Shown: positions 1 to 14,115, counted from the first letter of the stretch. The stretch is DNA of 64,000 nucleotides from Geosiphon pyriformis uo1 (GCA_016748015.1 JAAOMT010000684.1:62001-126000); one strand, 5' to 3'. Numbers and translations are program-made. Notes: generated from the sequence alone by a model not told the origin.

Positions 1-1548
1 AGGCGATGTTAAAATCTTGCAAAGCCTCGCCACATCGACCTCGAATATAATAGATTTGTCCACGTGTACGAAGTGCGAATACGTCATTGGGCTTCAATTC
101 GAGTCCCCTACTCAAATCTTTCTCTGCCTTTTCATAATTTTGTAAATATTCGTAGATTCTTCCACGTGTGATCAAAGCAAATGAGTCTTCAGGATTCAAT
201 TCCAAAGCTCGATTTAAGTCTGTCAAAGCTTCTTCGTGTCTTTGAAGGCTGCGATAAATTTCACCCCTGTTGGCCAAGGTTGGCGCATCGTTAGGCTCCA
301 ATTGTAAAGCTACCTCCAAATCAGCCAATGCTTCTTTATTTCGATTCAATAAACGCAAAACACCACTGCGATGACGTAAAGCTTCAATTTGAGTGGGAGA
401 AATCTCTAGAGCATGATTGAAATCGACTAAGGCTTTCTCATTATCTTTTATGAGGCGATGAATGCTTCCGCGATTTATAAGTGAAATGGTATTGTCAGGA
501 TCGATCTGAAGGGCGTTATTGTAACATGATAAAGCGTTGCCATATTGATGATTTGCATTGTAGGCGTCAGCTAAGTGGTTGTAAATTTCTGTATTTGTTT
601 GATCATAGTGAGCTGCTCTCGTAAGGTCAGCTACGTTATCAAAAATTTTAAAAAAAATTAAAAATTAAAAAGTTTATAACGGATTGAATCCTTCCTAACA
701 TTATTTCGTTTTAAAGGTAAATAAAATCAATGAATTTTTGAATGAAAAATTGATTATCATACCTATTGCCTTTTCATAATGTCCAAGTTTAAGATAAACC
801 TCACCACGAGAATGCCAAGCAAATGAATCATCTTCAATTTCTAACGAGTCGTTCAAATCTTTTAAGGCCTCTTCATATTTTCCCAACACACTATACACGC
901 TTCCACGACTTCCTAGAGCTTTCGCGTTCCTGGGCTCAATAGATAAGGTTTGATTGAAATCTTTCAAAGCATTTTCAAATTCATCCAAATTATGGTACAA
1001 ATCCCCCCGAGTCCTGAGTGCATGTACATTATAGGGGTCGATTGAAATCGCTCTGGATATCTTCGCTAACCCCTGATCATTGTTTCCTAGCATCGCATAA
1101 ACATAACCTATATCAGTGAGTACTTTTGGATTATTTGGCTCCTGCGTGAGAAGTGTGTATTTTTCAGCTAATGTTTTTTCAAGTGTAGATGGTTTTGGGC
1201 TTATTGACATACGACGAGTTGAGGTATGTGAGGCAGTTGTGCATTTTGTTGTTGGCCTTGATTGATCTGACAGGCGAGAAAGGGAAGATAGCGACGCAGT
1301 GGTCGAACTTTCGGCTTCCTTTTGTTATCATTTTCAAAGAATAGAATAAAGTTTTAATTTATAACAAGTTATGGATGGGCAATTTATTGAGGTTTGGAAA
1401 ATGTTATAGATTTTCAAATAAATCCAAAAATTTGAGAGATGCAAAAAGGAATCAAGTTAGTAATTTTTTCAAGGTGAATATTATTCAAAAATCAACTTAC
1501 ATCTTCTGGTTGATGTTGGTAGATACTCATTTGCCGATTTAGTTCCAT
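1..1548 (-). CDS. Tetratricopeptide-repeat (TPR) protein, 3' end beyond the window
   Basis: Manual splice model: exons 1548-1501 (MELNRQMSIYQHQPED), 1318-763 and 630-<1, joined in frame by GT..AG introns. Many TPR units (ALRTRGDLYHNLDEFENALKDFNQTLSIEP; SLINRGSIHRLIKDNEKALVDFNHALEISP). Confidence 0.88.
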
Positions 1549-3162
1549 AATATCCTTTAATCAAATGTTTATTGCATAAATCTCTTTGAGGTAAAAATAA
1601 CAAACTCAAGGCTATATTTCGAAGATATTAATTGGAAAATTGTGCTTTATTAAGGTTCTCAAGAATCTTTTATAGAATCAAGGAATATATTTCTAACCTG
1701 TTTTCTTTAAGATATATGATTAATTCCTTTAAGTTGTCTTTGAACACATTAAAAAAATTCTCCTTTATGATTCAAAAAAGGCTGAAATTTACTATGGGCC
1801 AAATGAAATTTGATTTTGAAAATAACAGAAGGTAATTAAAGTTCACAGTCCAGGAGTCGGCCAAAATAATTAAAAATTTTCTTTGCTAAAACAAAATGAT
1901 CTCAAGACCAATTTTGGGGAAGCACACAAGTCTATGCCATATTTTAAGAATGATGGCTTAGTTCGGTAGTAGGCTGTGTTTTAGTTTAGATTGTCAGATG
2001 ATGGCCAGCCAGTACATATGATAATCCACTATTGAAATTTTGCTTTTTAATAAGTATCTAAAATTGAAATTTCAGATTAGGATAAAACGCCTACGGCGAA
2101 GCTTTTCAGTCCTCTTCCATGCATACACTTGGCATTGACCCTATTTGAAAAACCAAGTGATACACTGTTAGTTCTTTTACTTCCAAAGGCGAAGAATAAA
2201 AAAATTATTTTGATTATGGTACCGAGCAACCGAAATTTTTCAATCAGATTAATTCAATTCCGCGAAGTCAGCTTAAATATTTTCAATACCCATAAATGGA
2301 TAAAAAAACTTTTGAATGTTAAAATTTGCTGAAGGAGTCCCAAAGTAAACGAACTCGACCTTGTGTGAGCCTGATAAACATTAGAGAAAGTCTCAGGAAA
2401 ATCACTTGAAAATTTTGGAAGAATAAAAATCATTGGATTGATTACGTTGGATTTGCTTCTACGTTCGTTGAAAATCCCAGTTTAATTTATTAAATATCAT
2501 TATTTAGTTTTTCTAGATCGGCTTTCAATTGATTCGTCGAGTGCTAGTTTCAAATTTATATGATTGGTTTATTCTACACATCACATCTGGAGACACCTAT
2601 TCACCAGCTTTGAGTGACAAGAAAAATACCTTTCGCTTATTTTTCAGCGAGTCAAATGTTCACAATTATAAAACTCCATACCTTTTTTGTTGTTTCTGCA
2701 TCTGAATGTTAATTTGTAATACCTATTTACATTGTGATGAAAGAAACCATGTAGATAGACTCAATAGTATACTGCCTTTTAGAAGTTCTATTTTAAATAA
2801 TATTTAGCATAAAACCAAATCCAGTCTTTTCTAAATATAATAGTTTTGAAAATTTTATTCGTAAATTTGGTTAATTCGAAACTTGATAAATTACCATATC
2901 TATATGTTTCATATGTCTCATATATCAATATTTCGAGTGTTGAATAAAGAGGCTTCGCAGTTATAATTTAAAACAACCCAAAATATGTCATAGTATATGG
3001 AGAAGCAATCCGAAATTTACTTTTTCAAGCTAGATAAAGGTTTTGTCTATTGTGTTACCATGTAATCATTGACCAAACAGCAGATAGCTACATATTTAGC
3101 TGTCCAATAATTAGGATCAAACTATTAACAACTTATTCCTCATCAATTTCAATCTTTATAAC

Positions 3163-4091
3163 ATGAATCCCAATCTTTGTGAGTCACTAGTGAAAGAATA
3201 TTCAAAGGAAGAAGTTGTTGAAAATATTTACTCAATCTTCTTGGAAGCAAATAAACGTTGGGAATATGATGACGATATTTCGCAAAGCATTATCAACTGG
3301 ATCAAGACAAACAATTATGACCCAGAATATTTATTTGATTTAATTTTAAATTCGAGAACACCAGCTGAGCGTGGATGCGTTCTTGCACTCTTTTATGACT
3401 ATGGCATTGGAGTAAAGGAAAATAAAAGCCTTGCAGCTGAATCATATAAAATAGCTGCAGAGAGTGGGGATTTACTAGCACAAGTACAATTAGGGTTTTA
3501 TTTGCAAGAAGGTTTGAAAAATTAATTTGATTAGCATATCTTTCTATCAATTTATGACATAGGAATGACTATCCTTGATTCTTTAGGGTGGGGATTAAAG
3601 CGGGATAAGAAGGAAGCGGTCTATTGGTATCGAAAGGCCTCTGATGATGGTTTTGAGGGAGGACACAACTTTTTAGGAATTTGTTATCAATGGGGTACGT
3701 ATGTAAAATATATCTGAATAGAAGCATTGTTTTTGTATTTTCTTTCTTTTTCAAATTATTCAACTAAATAGGGTTAGGAGTAACAATAGATAGCAAATTG
3801 GCTTTTGAATACACACTTAAAGCAGCATCGGCTGTCGAATATGGAGAACCACAAGCTCGGCTTGGCTCCTTTTATGAATCGGGTTTTGGTACCAAAATAG
3901 ATCTATGTAAAGCCTTCAAATGGTACCAAAAATCTGCCGCTAACCAGTATTTAGATGGGCTTCTTTTTTTGGGTACTTGCTACCGATCTGGTCTTGGAAC
4001 TCGGCGTGATATACATCAAGCAATCAAGTCTTGGAGATACTTAGGGAATCATACGAGTCTTTATTACCTATTCGAAAAAAATATCGGTTAA
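3163..4091 (+). CDS. Sel1-like repeat (SLR) protein
   Basis: Exons 3163-3511, 3587-3694 and 3772-4091 splice in frame. Sel1 motifs LALFYDYGIGVKEN, LGFYLQEGWGLKRDKKEAVYWYRKAS, LGSFYESGFGTKIDLCKAFKWYQKSA. Confidence 0.9.
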
Positions 4092-6635
4092 TCTACCCTT
4101 ATTAAAAACGCATAGCTAATGAAATATTAGATGACAGACTCCTTTTTAAGCTGGGTCTAATTTCATAATTTCTCTTATAGAAGGCATTTGAACTATAAAA
4201 GATATGATTATTTGTTTTTGAGTTGAGAAATTGCTTACGCATCAAATACAGCTAAACTATTAGAATAATTTACTGAGCACATTCTAGATATACTTGGTTC
4301 CTATCACGCTACTCAAAATGACATTAATACCCACAGTATGACCTTATTTTACAGAGGAGCTCAAGATGTGCACTCACCACACCAAATGAAAAATATTTGC
4401 TCCTCCAGCCACGCTTCCCATGCACCAAGTGTGCCTCCTTTCTTTGGTTTGCTGTTACATCCCGATTCTGGAGTAAACAAAATCTTTGAATTTTTTTTTG
4501 AAAAAAAAAGAAGATAATTTCTGAAATGCATCCTCATAAAAAAAGACATGATTAAAAACCATCTCTACCAGATTAATCAGAAAGTCTCAGAAACTCTAAT
4601 TGTTTTAAGCAGAAAAAATATATTTAACGCTGATTCTAATTTTCGTTTGAAGCCTAAAGAAATTTTAATGACAGCCTAATTACTAAAAAATATAAAATAT
4701 AATTTTTTTTAAAATATTTTTTGAACCTCAAAATTTAAAATATTAATATTAATATTAGATTCTTTTTTGTTAATTGATTAAAATATTTAGCTCTGTTAAT
4801 AAACAATATTTCAAAATCTATATCAAAAATAAATCTGAAAGATTCTTTCAACAGAAAATTTTTAAATTTTAACTTTGTATCCTTGAAAATTACGGCCTAA
4901 CGTCTCATGAAATGTTTGACTGAAATTTGATAGCCTAGACCTAATTCAAAATACATCTACCATTTAGAGAATATTAAATACTTTAGTCTTCCTACTATGA
5001 AGCAATTCAAAAATATGAATCAATTTGGTAAGTGGATTTGTTCAGCAAGTTTTTAGGAAAAAGATTTTTAAATTTGGAATTGTTTTCTGTTTGCATTGAT
5101 TAGTTGCATGTGATCAATCCAATTTCTTATAGTGATTTCTCGATAAACGTGCAAATCAACTTTTTTTTAAATAAGTTAATATGATAATTTTATATTTTCG
5201 AATCACATTTGGGACTGGCTGTATGGCTTTTTCCCCAAATCAAGTAACTGTTTTTTTTTGACACTGTTTTTTTTTCTCTTTATCTTTCCATTCTGAAAAT
5301 ACTTTGCAGATCGATTTGTCATCTGATATTTTTTTCAAGTTTTATGGAATTCATCGTAAAAATTCTTTTCATGGTCATTTTTCAACTTAAATGTTTTAAT
5401 TTTTTTGTATTAAAAAAAAACGGCTCTTTATATTTTTTTTACTGATGTAAATCAATATAAACCGAATGAAGTTATAGGATGGGTCTTCGATATGGTAGTT
5501 TACAGATTTTAAAGTTCAATAATCTTGATTAAGTATCTTTTATATTTCTCCGTTATAAATATTTTTAATTTGACCAAAATATAATATTTTTGTCATGTTG
5601 CCAAACAAAACGCAAAAATTAAAAATTATTTTGGAACTTTCGCAAATAGTTTCCAAAGTTTTTCGCAAGTTTCTGCGACGATTCAAAAACCTTTTCAAGA
5701 AAGGCAATTTATCATATTTATAACTGCTATTTCGCACGATTATTTTTTATTTGTTGATCTGATAACGATCAGTTATAGTATTAGTTTACCCCCAATAAAA
5801 TATTGAGGTAATAAATTTAAGGGAGCAGAAACAGATTCTGGGTTTAGAATTCTCTTTAGAAAAAGAGTTTAGAGGGAATTATTTTAATAATTTTCTCACC
5901 TTACCTCAAATTGTGGCAACTAATTCGGCCGCTAACCAAGACCTTTAATTCTGAACTCTCATCACTTAACTTGGAAATTTTATCTATCAAAGGATCCTTT
6001 ATTTCAGAATAAAGAGGATGATGCATTTAATTTAATTTATTACAAATTTCAATTTTTTTAAAGGATTAAAAATTTTTCGGAGCATTTTGAAGATTGTTTT
6101 CTTGTCTTTTTCGTGAGAAAATTTTCATTTTAGCAATGTCTTTATTATTATAAGCTTAATTGAGAATAACGACCCTGAAACAGTGTTTCAGTTGATTAAA
6201 CAATAAAAATACAACATCCTATAAAGAAAACCGTACAATTGTTATTAGAATAATAGCCTTTCACCATGCATGCATCTAAGCCTTAGCAATATCATGTTGG
6301 TCCTAAATTTAGATTTCCTTATGAGTAGTGACATTCGAAAAATTGAATCCCCACTTGCTTAAATTATATAGTTCGAGTTGTTACACTCTTTCAAATGAAA
6401 CTAAACCTTTGTTTCAAAAATTTTATTTTACTATTCTTTATATATATACATGTATATTTAAATATGTTTATTTGTAGGTGAATATTAGATGGGCAATTAG
6501 AGTATGTTTAATAAACGAAAAAATTATTTATACTGAGAAAGTTTAGAAGTTTCCTGTTTATCCACGAAAGACTTTGCAGTCCAAAATCAAAATTATCATA
6601 AATCTGATCAATTATCAACTTTTCAAACATATTAA

Positions 6636-7103
6636 ATGAAACTTTTCATTTTTGGATTCATACTTTTGGTGGTTCTCTTTGAAATTGCTTGGTCAATACC
6701 GCTCACCCAACGACGAAAATATAAAACTTTACAAAAGAAAGATGCCTGGTGCGAAATGAAGAAAAATTCTTGGACAGATGAAACTGTTAGTGGATTTGTG
6801 GGCTTTTCCCAAAAACAAGGCAACTCACCTTCAATGTTAATATACGGACAATGGGACACTGGTTTCAATAATCCAGATATCGAAAAATATTCATTCAATA
6901 TAGTTCCCGCAAACTATAAGCTCACGGAGAAATTAAGAATTATTCCTCATGAGAATGGAGCAACCGAACCTTGGAATATTAAAGTTGAGGATTTATTCTT
7001 TGGGAGCAATTTAGAAGGCACATCTCTGACAGGCGAACAAACCTTTGAAGTTCGTTATGATGGCACCGTTATTGGATCAGCTCCGATAAATATTGTGGGA
7101 TAA
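6636..7103 (+). CDS. Small secreted protein (155 aa), probable Cu/Zn-SOD-like beta-barrel lacking metal ligands
   Basis: Single-exon ORF with a hydrophobic signal peptide (MKLFIFGFILLVVLFEIAWS). Strand pattern AWCEM..VSGFVGFSQ..MLIYGQ..G..YSFNIV and C-terminal SLTG..FEV..GTVIGSAPI echoes the SOD1 fold. The ORF is solid; the fold call is inference. Confidence 0.7.
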   Translation: MKLFIFGFILLVVLFEIAWSIPLTQRRKYKTLQKKDAWCEMKKNSWTDETVSGFVGFSQKQGNSPSMLIYGQWDTGFNNPDIEKYSFNIVPANYKLTEKLRIIPHENGATEPWNIKVEDLFFGSNLEGTSLTGEQTFEVRYDGTVIGSAPINIVG

Positions 7104-7640
7104 TACGCTTGGTAAAAACAATTGTAATATATTTTAACTCCGAAAATATTGTATATTTTCGTGGCTGTACAAATTAAAAATTGAGAAAATCAAAGGACAG
7201 AAATGTCCAAGAACTTTGAGAATTTTTATTTTTATCCATTTTGAATAATAAACTTGCTGGCATGTAAAAACCAAATTTTAAAAGATTGAAAAGTAGTTGT
7301 CACTATGCAAATGAGAATATTGTGCAATTCAATTGTCATATTGTTGGACCAAAGAAAAACACATTTTACATGCATTATTATTTAATGTTACTATGCATAA
7401 ATTAATTTAAATCTGAACTTCATTCTGGTTCGATTTTCCCAATGCTTGAATTGGCTTGCATAATCTTACTCGAATATAGTGCACCTCAGGTAAAAATATC
7501 TTGGATTTTTCGTTGTAAATTTTAATTTACAATCAAATGAAATATGCACTTGGTCAAAAATACATTTTTAAGTTTTCATTACATTAAAGTTACACTCCCA
7601 TAAAATGGAAATTTCATTGCTTGCCGATTGGGTATTATTT

Positions 7641-9578
7641 TTATGAATCGGGCTCGGGCTCGGGAATGGGATCAGGATTGACGAGAGATAGAACAGGTTT
7701 CACGACTATATAAGCATCCACGGATTGTACATCAAATTGTCCCCGATGTTCCATGCTCTCTAAACTTTCTCTTACATGCTCCATTTTTCCTTTTGATTCT
7801 TCTGTAGCTCGAAGATCATTAGGCTGAATCATAGACAACAATGGATTCCCAGAATCCTGACGTGAATGGGACGGTAAGTCGGGTGTATGTGGGGTCGAAG
7901 GATCTGATTTATTGTATTTGCGATATTTTGTTTCCAGAGATACCAAAGATTTGGTATTGGCATCATTGTCAGGATCCCCATGAGTCACAATTACTGGTCG
8001 ATCGACGACGAAAGATCGTTCTGGTTTTCTTCGAAGCAATAAATAAGCCACTATCCCAATTAAGGCCGCCCCGGCTACAGAACCGGCAACTAATAGTCCA
8101 ACCAATAATCCAGAATTTTTATTTATTCCTGGAACTGGTATTGACATGGGTAAAGGATTCTCATCCTTTGAAATTGTAGGTGATACATATGATTGATATG
8201 AATAGGTGTTTAGCCAAGTCCAATTCTGTGTATTCAATACATATAGATTATTATCAACTGAACCAGCTACTCGCCCTAATAAAAATTAACATGAAAGGAT
8301 TTAAAACTTTTTTACAAATAAAATAGGGGATCGAATTTTCTTGAGACTTCAATATCAAACAGGTAACCTACCAAATGCGACAATCATATTAACACCTACA
8401 AGAGTCGCCGTGTGTCGAAATCTCGGAGCTGGTGGATTGATAAGTATCGGTTGCGACCATGACCAATTTGTCGCATCTAAAACAGCAACGTCGCCAAAAA
8501 CCGTATTGGAAACATCATTTCCTCCGTAAATAATTATGTTATCACCTTGTTCTGTTTGCAATAACCAAAATAAATCAAGTTTTGTTTAATTGAAAACATT
8601 GCCAAATTTTAAAAATTTTAAATCTTAATAATCACCAACTGCTGTGTGGTCTCGCCTTTGTTTGGGAATTTTTCCCGTGGCATGATTCAGCTGCCAAACA
8701 CCATTAATCATATCAAACCAATAAATTTCAGTCATGTCAGCCATACTGGCTGGGCCATTGAGGCCACCCAGTAAAATGAATTTTGTTCCAACAATTGATG
8801 CCGTATGACGTATTCGATTACCGAGTAATGATACAGATACGGTGGGAGGTACCCAAGTCTTTAAAGCTACAGTATCCAAAGCCCAAAAATCCGAAAAAAC
8901 ATTATTGTTGGTAGTAATTTGACCATTCATTGCTCCACCACCATAGATTAACATAAATCCAGTAGAATTTTTCGCGGCAGCGTGAAACACACGTGTCGTA
9001 GGTTCTTGAGCTATTACAGGATTTGACCATTGAGTCGTATTTGTATCATAAACGTGTACTGAACTTTCAACAACTGAAGGTGAAGTTGCTGTTTTTGTAG
9101 TCATACCACCATAAACAATAATTTGCGAATTATTTGGACCGCCTTCTAAAGCTGTATGACCTACCAGACGAGGAGCTTGAGTTGGGTCAATTGCTTGCCA
9201 AGGTGGTTTATTTACTTCAAATGGGTTCAAGACATCAAGCATTAAAAAATCCGTAATATGATTTTGCAAGTCTCTTCTGCCTCCTATAAAGTAGATATGA
9301 TTGTCTATCAACGTAGCAGAATGACCAAATCTTGGCATGACATTTGAAGTTGGTTGCGCAGGTGGAATTGCATTTATCTGACTTGTGAAGAGGAGTAGCA
9401 GCAGTAAGGGTAAAAATTTTATTGAAATAAAAGGTTTTCTTGTGGTTTTGATTAAATTTTGAACTATTGGTGTTATTATTGGCTTTTGTTGTGGACATTT
9501 TCTTAATTCCAATAATCGCTTCTTCGATTTTTTGAGTGCAGTGATGCTTTTATGCGAAAAGGGGGGCATAATATTCAT
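7641..9578 (-). CDS. Kelch beta-propeller single-pass membrane protein
   Basis: Exons 9578-8636, 8551-8372 and 8275-7641. Kelch repeats (PRFGHSATLIDNHIYFIGG, RIRHTASIVGTKFILLGG, PRFRHTATLVGVNMIVAFG). Signal-like segment FLPLLLLLLFTSQINA; TM helix GLLVGLLVAGSVAGAALIGIVAYLLL followed by RRK. Confidence 0.88.
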
Positions 9579-10196
9579 TTATATTTATATTATATTAATT
9601 ATTATGTTGTAATCTATTAAAGAAAAGAATTTTTATACGAACAAGAATGAATTAGGAAAAGAGAATGAGAAAATTGTCGGGATATTTCGAGATTAAATCT
9701 ACACAAGTATAAGTGAATAAAACCCCAGATTGGCGGAAAGTATATATTATTGGTGTGATAATGACAAAGGTATTCCGAATAGTCGTAAAAAATGAATGAA
9801 TAACAAGTTGCAAAATTTGAATATGTTCTTGCCAATGCACAACATTATCTGGAACACAAAAGTTTCAAACTGAATTCCATCTTAAGAAGCCCAACAGATA
9901 GTTGGTAAGACACATAATTCTGCATTAAATAAGTCAGGATTTTACACTACTGCAAGCAATTTAATTAAAAACTCCTTGGACACGAGCGATTAGGACGTTA
10001 GACCAAACTCTCCTTTCCATTGCCCTACTGATATGTGAAAAAAGATCATAGACCGAGTAGATTTACAAAGTTCGTAATATTAAACGATGAAAATTAAATA
10101 AAGAGCTTTAGCAAATTTCAAAGATTTTGTTGGTTTCCACTATCAAAAAATTTTAAAATCATAGGATTTTATATATTGTTTTAAAGCGTCAGATAA

Positions 10197-11825
10197 TTAA
10201 ATTCCTACATTTAAGCCTTCAAAATTTGCATTTATATTTCCTCTATTTGAATGAACAATTAATAAGTTATTAGCACTCTCGTTTACAATCCCTACTTCCT
10301 GACTTCTTTTCTGGACTAAAACTCTTCTATTCTTTCCAAGAGCATGGACCCTTTTTCCTGCATTTAAATCATACCTTCCCGAGAATGTATTATCCTTTAT
10401 TCAAGAAGCAAAGATGGAAACTTTAATTTTAATAAACAAAAAATCCACAAATTAATTTTGGACTCTTACAAAAGTGAGTGAAATATCGCTGGCGTGATAT
10501 TCGTCAGGATAATCTTTCCGCGGGAAGCCAACTTGGGATGAAATGCTGATATTCATAGTATTTCTGGTCTTGTTTTGTACGATATTGATAAGATTAGTGC
10601 TCCAGGTTTCTTGAGTTCGATGACCAATATTCCCGAAAAAGGTAATATTTTTAAGAAAAAAACCCTAAAAAAGAAAAGTCAAAATCAAATGCGCCAGACT
10701 TTTTATGAAGATATGAGGCGGGTATTGTACATTGAGTAAAATATAGCCACTTTTGGTCACCACACTGAAATCCGAATGAATATATGGCAATTCGTTCGCA
10801 AGAAGATAAACATTGTATCCTTCTAATTTGAAAAGGGTGGAGGTATCAACTGGATTTTCAAAATTTCGAGGCAAATAGATATTAATCCGTACTGTTCCAC
10901 AATTAGGTCTGCCTACATAACTCCAATGTGGAAAAAATGGATATTGTTTTTCCTCCTTAAATTTAGTTTGCAAAGATGTCGTTAGGATAAAAGAGTTGAA
11001 AGATAAATATTTTAAAACCAAATGAAAGGTTTACCGCAGTGAAAATATAACCTTTTCTATCTTTTATAAATTTTTGACTAGCAGTTGTTGGATTTAGTGA
11101 ATTCGTTTGGACTTCCATGACAACTTTCGAGATTGTTGAACTGTGCTGAAAAATATGCACTTCTCGATGCTGGAAAATTGAAATTGGAAAGAAAATTTTC
11201 GAGTTTTGAAAAGATATTTTCTCTTAAAATATTTCATTTTTACCATAAAAATTCCAGATGAATCAATTTTGAGTTCCGGGAATTCAAAAGGATTGTAGCT
11301 ATAATATGTGGGATTTCCGGTAAATTTTGGTAGTAAATGGCATCGAATACGACCCATTTGAATAGGTGCCTTAATTAATGAAAAAATACAGAATTTAGAG
11401 AATTTTCAACACTTAATTTATAAATCAACAATTCAAACTCTTACAAAAAGCAAAATTTCCAAGGTAACGTATAGTAATAAATAGCAAATTATCAGAGATC
11501 CGAAAGCTTTTATTGTTCGGGAAAAAATTACCCAACAATAATTAAATAATTTAAAAATAATTTGACGCAGCCAACCTTTAAAAATGGAATTGCGAAAGAT
11601 CAGGACAATTTCTTTCTCGCTAGCGAGATTTACAGAAACACTCAGTCACTTACTAATAAGCCATTTTAATAATATAATCTCTATTATTTCATGTTGCTGG
11701 GAAGGTGGCGATACTGGTGTTTTGGTCAATGGAAATTCTTCTGCAATGATGTTAATAGAATCATTGTCTTCAGCAATATTTGTGATAAGTGGTTTTCTAA
11801 CATTCTCAGTGCTTCCATAGTTCAT
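10197..11825 (-). CDS. Type II membrane protein with putative adhesin-like (DUF4097-type) beta domain, about 7 exons
   Basis: ATG at 11825 (MNYGSTENVRKPLI...), then a hydrophobic exon near 11577-11445. Three ORF-track fragments join through GT..AG introns. Motifs CGTVRINIYLP, VVTKSGYI, DNTFSGRYDL and terminal LIVHSNRGNINANF; stop at 10199-10197. The family call is by motif resemblance only. Confidence 0.6.
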
Positions 11826-12600
11826 TATATATTATATTTAGGCTAATAAAAGGTTTTTCGTAAAATGAAGATTGTTCAAAGTAAATAGGGAGAATAAATT
11901 TGTGCAAACTAGGTTTTTAACCATTATGTTTTGTCTTGTTTTATTGAAACAAAAAATAACAATAACGCTGTGTTCTTTCGACTGAATCATTAATAAAACC
12001 TTTTTTTATTATTAAGAGCTACCACATGCATGGCTGTCTTGTTTTGATACTGGATTTCAATAAAATAGTTACAAAATAATTTGTATTCCAATGCAAAAAA
12101 GAGGAATATTTTAGTAAGCCTTTAATAAGAAAAATTGACATTCATGTTTTTATTCTTAAAATAGTAAATTATTTTCTACAAATAGTTAAGTGTTAATATC
12201 CCAATCTTTTGCGGTGTATCCTTAATTTTATCCAGAGCATCTAAAAACAGTAAATTTACCTCCGATAAATCTTTTTCTGAATGATAATATTTATCTTTAG
12301 TATACCCTTTTCAAATTTGGTCACTTTTTTTAAATAGGGTCCATCAAAAGAAAACATTTATACAGTTTTGTTTTATTTATAAAAATCTTAAAGTAATTAA
12401 GAACAATTCTTAGAATAGATTAAAAACGTCAATGTATATTTTAATTTTTGATCATATATATTTTTTAGGTTTTTTAAAACCTAAATCTAATTCAGAAGCA
12501 TCAAGTTAAATGAAAAGATTGACATTATGAATCATTAATTTCTCAAACTTACTCGAAAACACTACTTTGCCAACTAAAAAATTACTTTCCCTGTATTTTC

Positions 12601-14115
12601 ATGGCTACCACCAATATTTTCTCAAGTCCCTACTTTTCCTTTATTCACGTGCCATCCAAAATCAAGTAAAGATATTTCGATGTGATCGATTGCGTTTTAA
12701 AATTTGAAAGTATTTACGAGTTTGATGATAGATCGATGATAGTGATATTTGTCGAGTATTTTTTATAGGCTTCTCAAAAAAATAAATTTAAATTCTTCTT
12801 CGTCTTTATCGAAGGTAAACAATTTTATCTCAAAATTTTGCTTGATGAGGAAACATAAATGATTCAGCAAGAGTACTTGATCCTATTTTGTCACAATAAA
12901 TTGAGTATATTATATTGGCTTGCGAAAAAATTTTCAAACAAAATTTTCAAATAAAAAAATGGGATGGAATTTTTTTCTGCCTCTTAGCCTGTTAAACTTT
13001 TTTCTTTAGACTTGTACTCCCTATGAAAACTTCGCGATATGAGCCGCAAAGAGAACTGCATCTAATAGATTAAATTTCAAGAAAACGAAGATATACCAAC
13101 CTGAAAAAAGTCATTATTTAAATTCCAAATCCTTTTCTCTTCAAGAAACAAATATATTGATCCCAGCAGCCATTTGTCTCCCACCGGAAGTGTTCATTAG
13201 AATATGCAAATATCTTCCTCCATCTGACTTGCTTTCTCTCTCAAAAGTCTGCAAGCTTTATAATGGTTATTTATGCTCTGCCGATTCTACTACAACCCAA
13301 AATATCTGGAAAACAGCAAGGGTTCAATTTCTTAGGTATCTTGTATTGCCTCCTCCGAAAGACATGGATGAGCGTGGTTATGTTCGGCTTGTATTGGAAC
13401 GAGGATGTCAATTTTGTGATAATCCAAGAATTAGAAAAGTGTATTGGCCGTTCCAATTTCGATCTTGCCAAGCATGCTTAATCCAAAATATTAGGAGGTT
13501 GGGTGAAATCTTTATATATTTGTTTTTTACGAGTCGTTATCAATATTCACTCTTTGAAAATTGATGCTCATTAGTGAATCGACAATTATTGAACATTACG
13601 GTTTTCCCAAAGAATTACTTGAATGTCTCCCGTATTTTTATCGAGCATCTGGGTTTGAAGTGGAAAAGATCTATTACTACAAGAACATTCGAGAATTATT
13701 TTCGGAATATGAAAGCATCTTAGACACAAATAAACCTATATGGATCAAGCAGAAGCAAAGAGATTGCGAGTTATTTATGGAAGATGTTATTGCTCGTGAA
13801 GATGCGGAATCTGAAGAATTGAATCTTAAGCGACAGGAAAGAGAAGAACTGATTCAGTCACGTGCTTTAATCATTGAACAAAATATCAATCAAATGAGAA
13901 ATGAAAAAGATCACGAGGGTGTTCAATACCAGAAAAAATACCTAAAGGAATGCCCTTCATACTTGAAAGCTCGCATTCAACCACGACCATTTACCCATAG
14001 ATCATGGAAGATATTAAAGGGAAAAATGAAAAGGGAGTACACCGATATTGTCAGAAGATACAGGCTTCAACAGGAATGGATGGAAGCAAAAGCGAGAGGT
14101 TTTCCACGCCGTTGA
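12601..14115 (+). CDS. F-box protein with CxxC motifs and a helical C-terminus
   Basis: F-box LPPEVFIRICKYLPPSDLLSLSKVCK, then CQFC..KVYWPF..RSCQAC; intron 13498-13574. No ATG precedes the F-box in its own exon. Tentative 5' exons 12601-12665 and 12769-12814 splice in frame to 13082. The 5' end is uncertain. Confidence 0.75.

Noticed and set aside
4330-4480. GC-richer patch with ICSSSHASHAP, resembling a LINE ORF1 zinc knuckle
   Set aside because: Too short and degenerate to support.
13010-13081. In-frame TGA (13040-13042) upstream of the F-box, suggesting readthrough or selenocysteine
   Set aside because: An alternative in-frame acceptor at 13081 (ttcaag, with a CTAAT branch-like site just upstream) skips the stop. 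No SECIS evidence.
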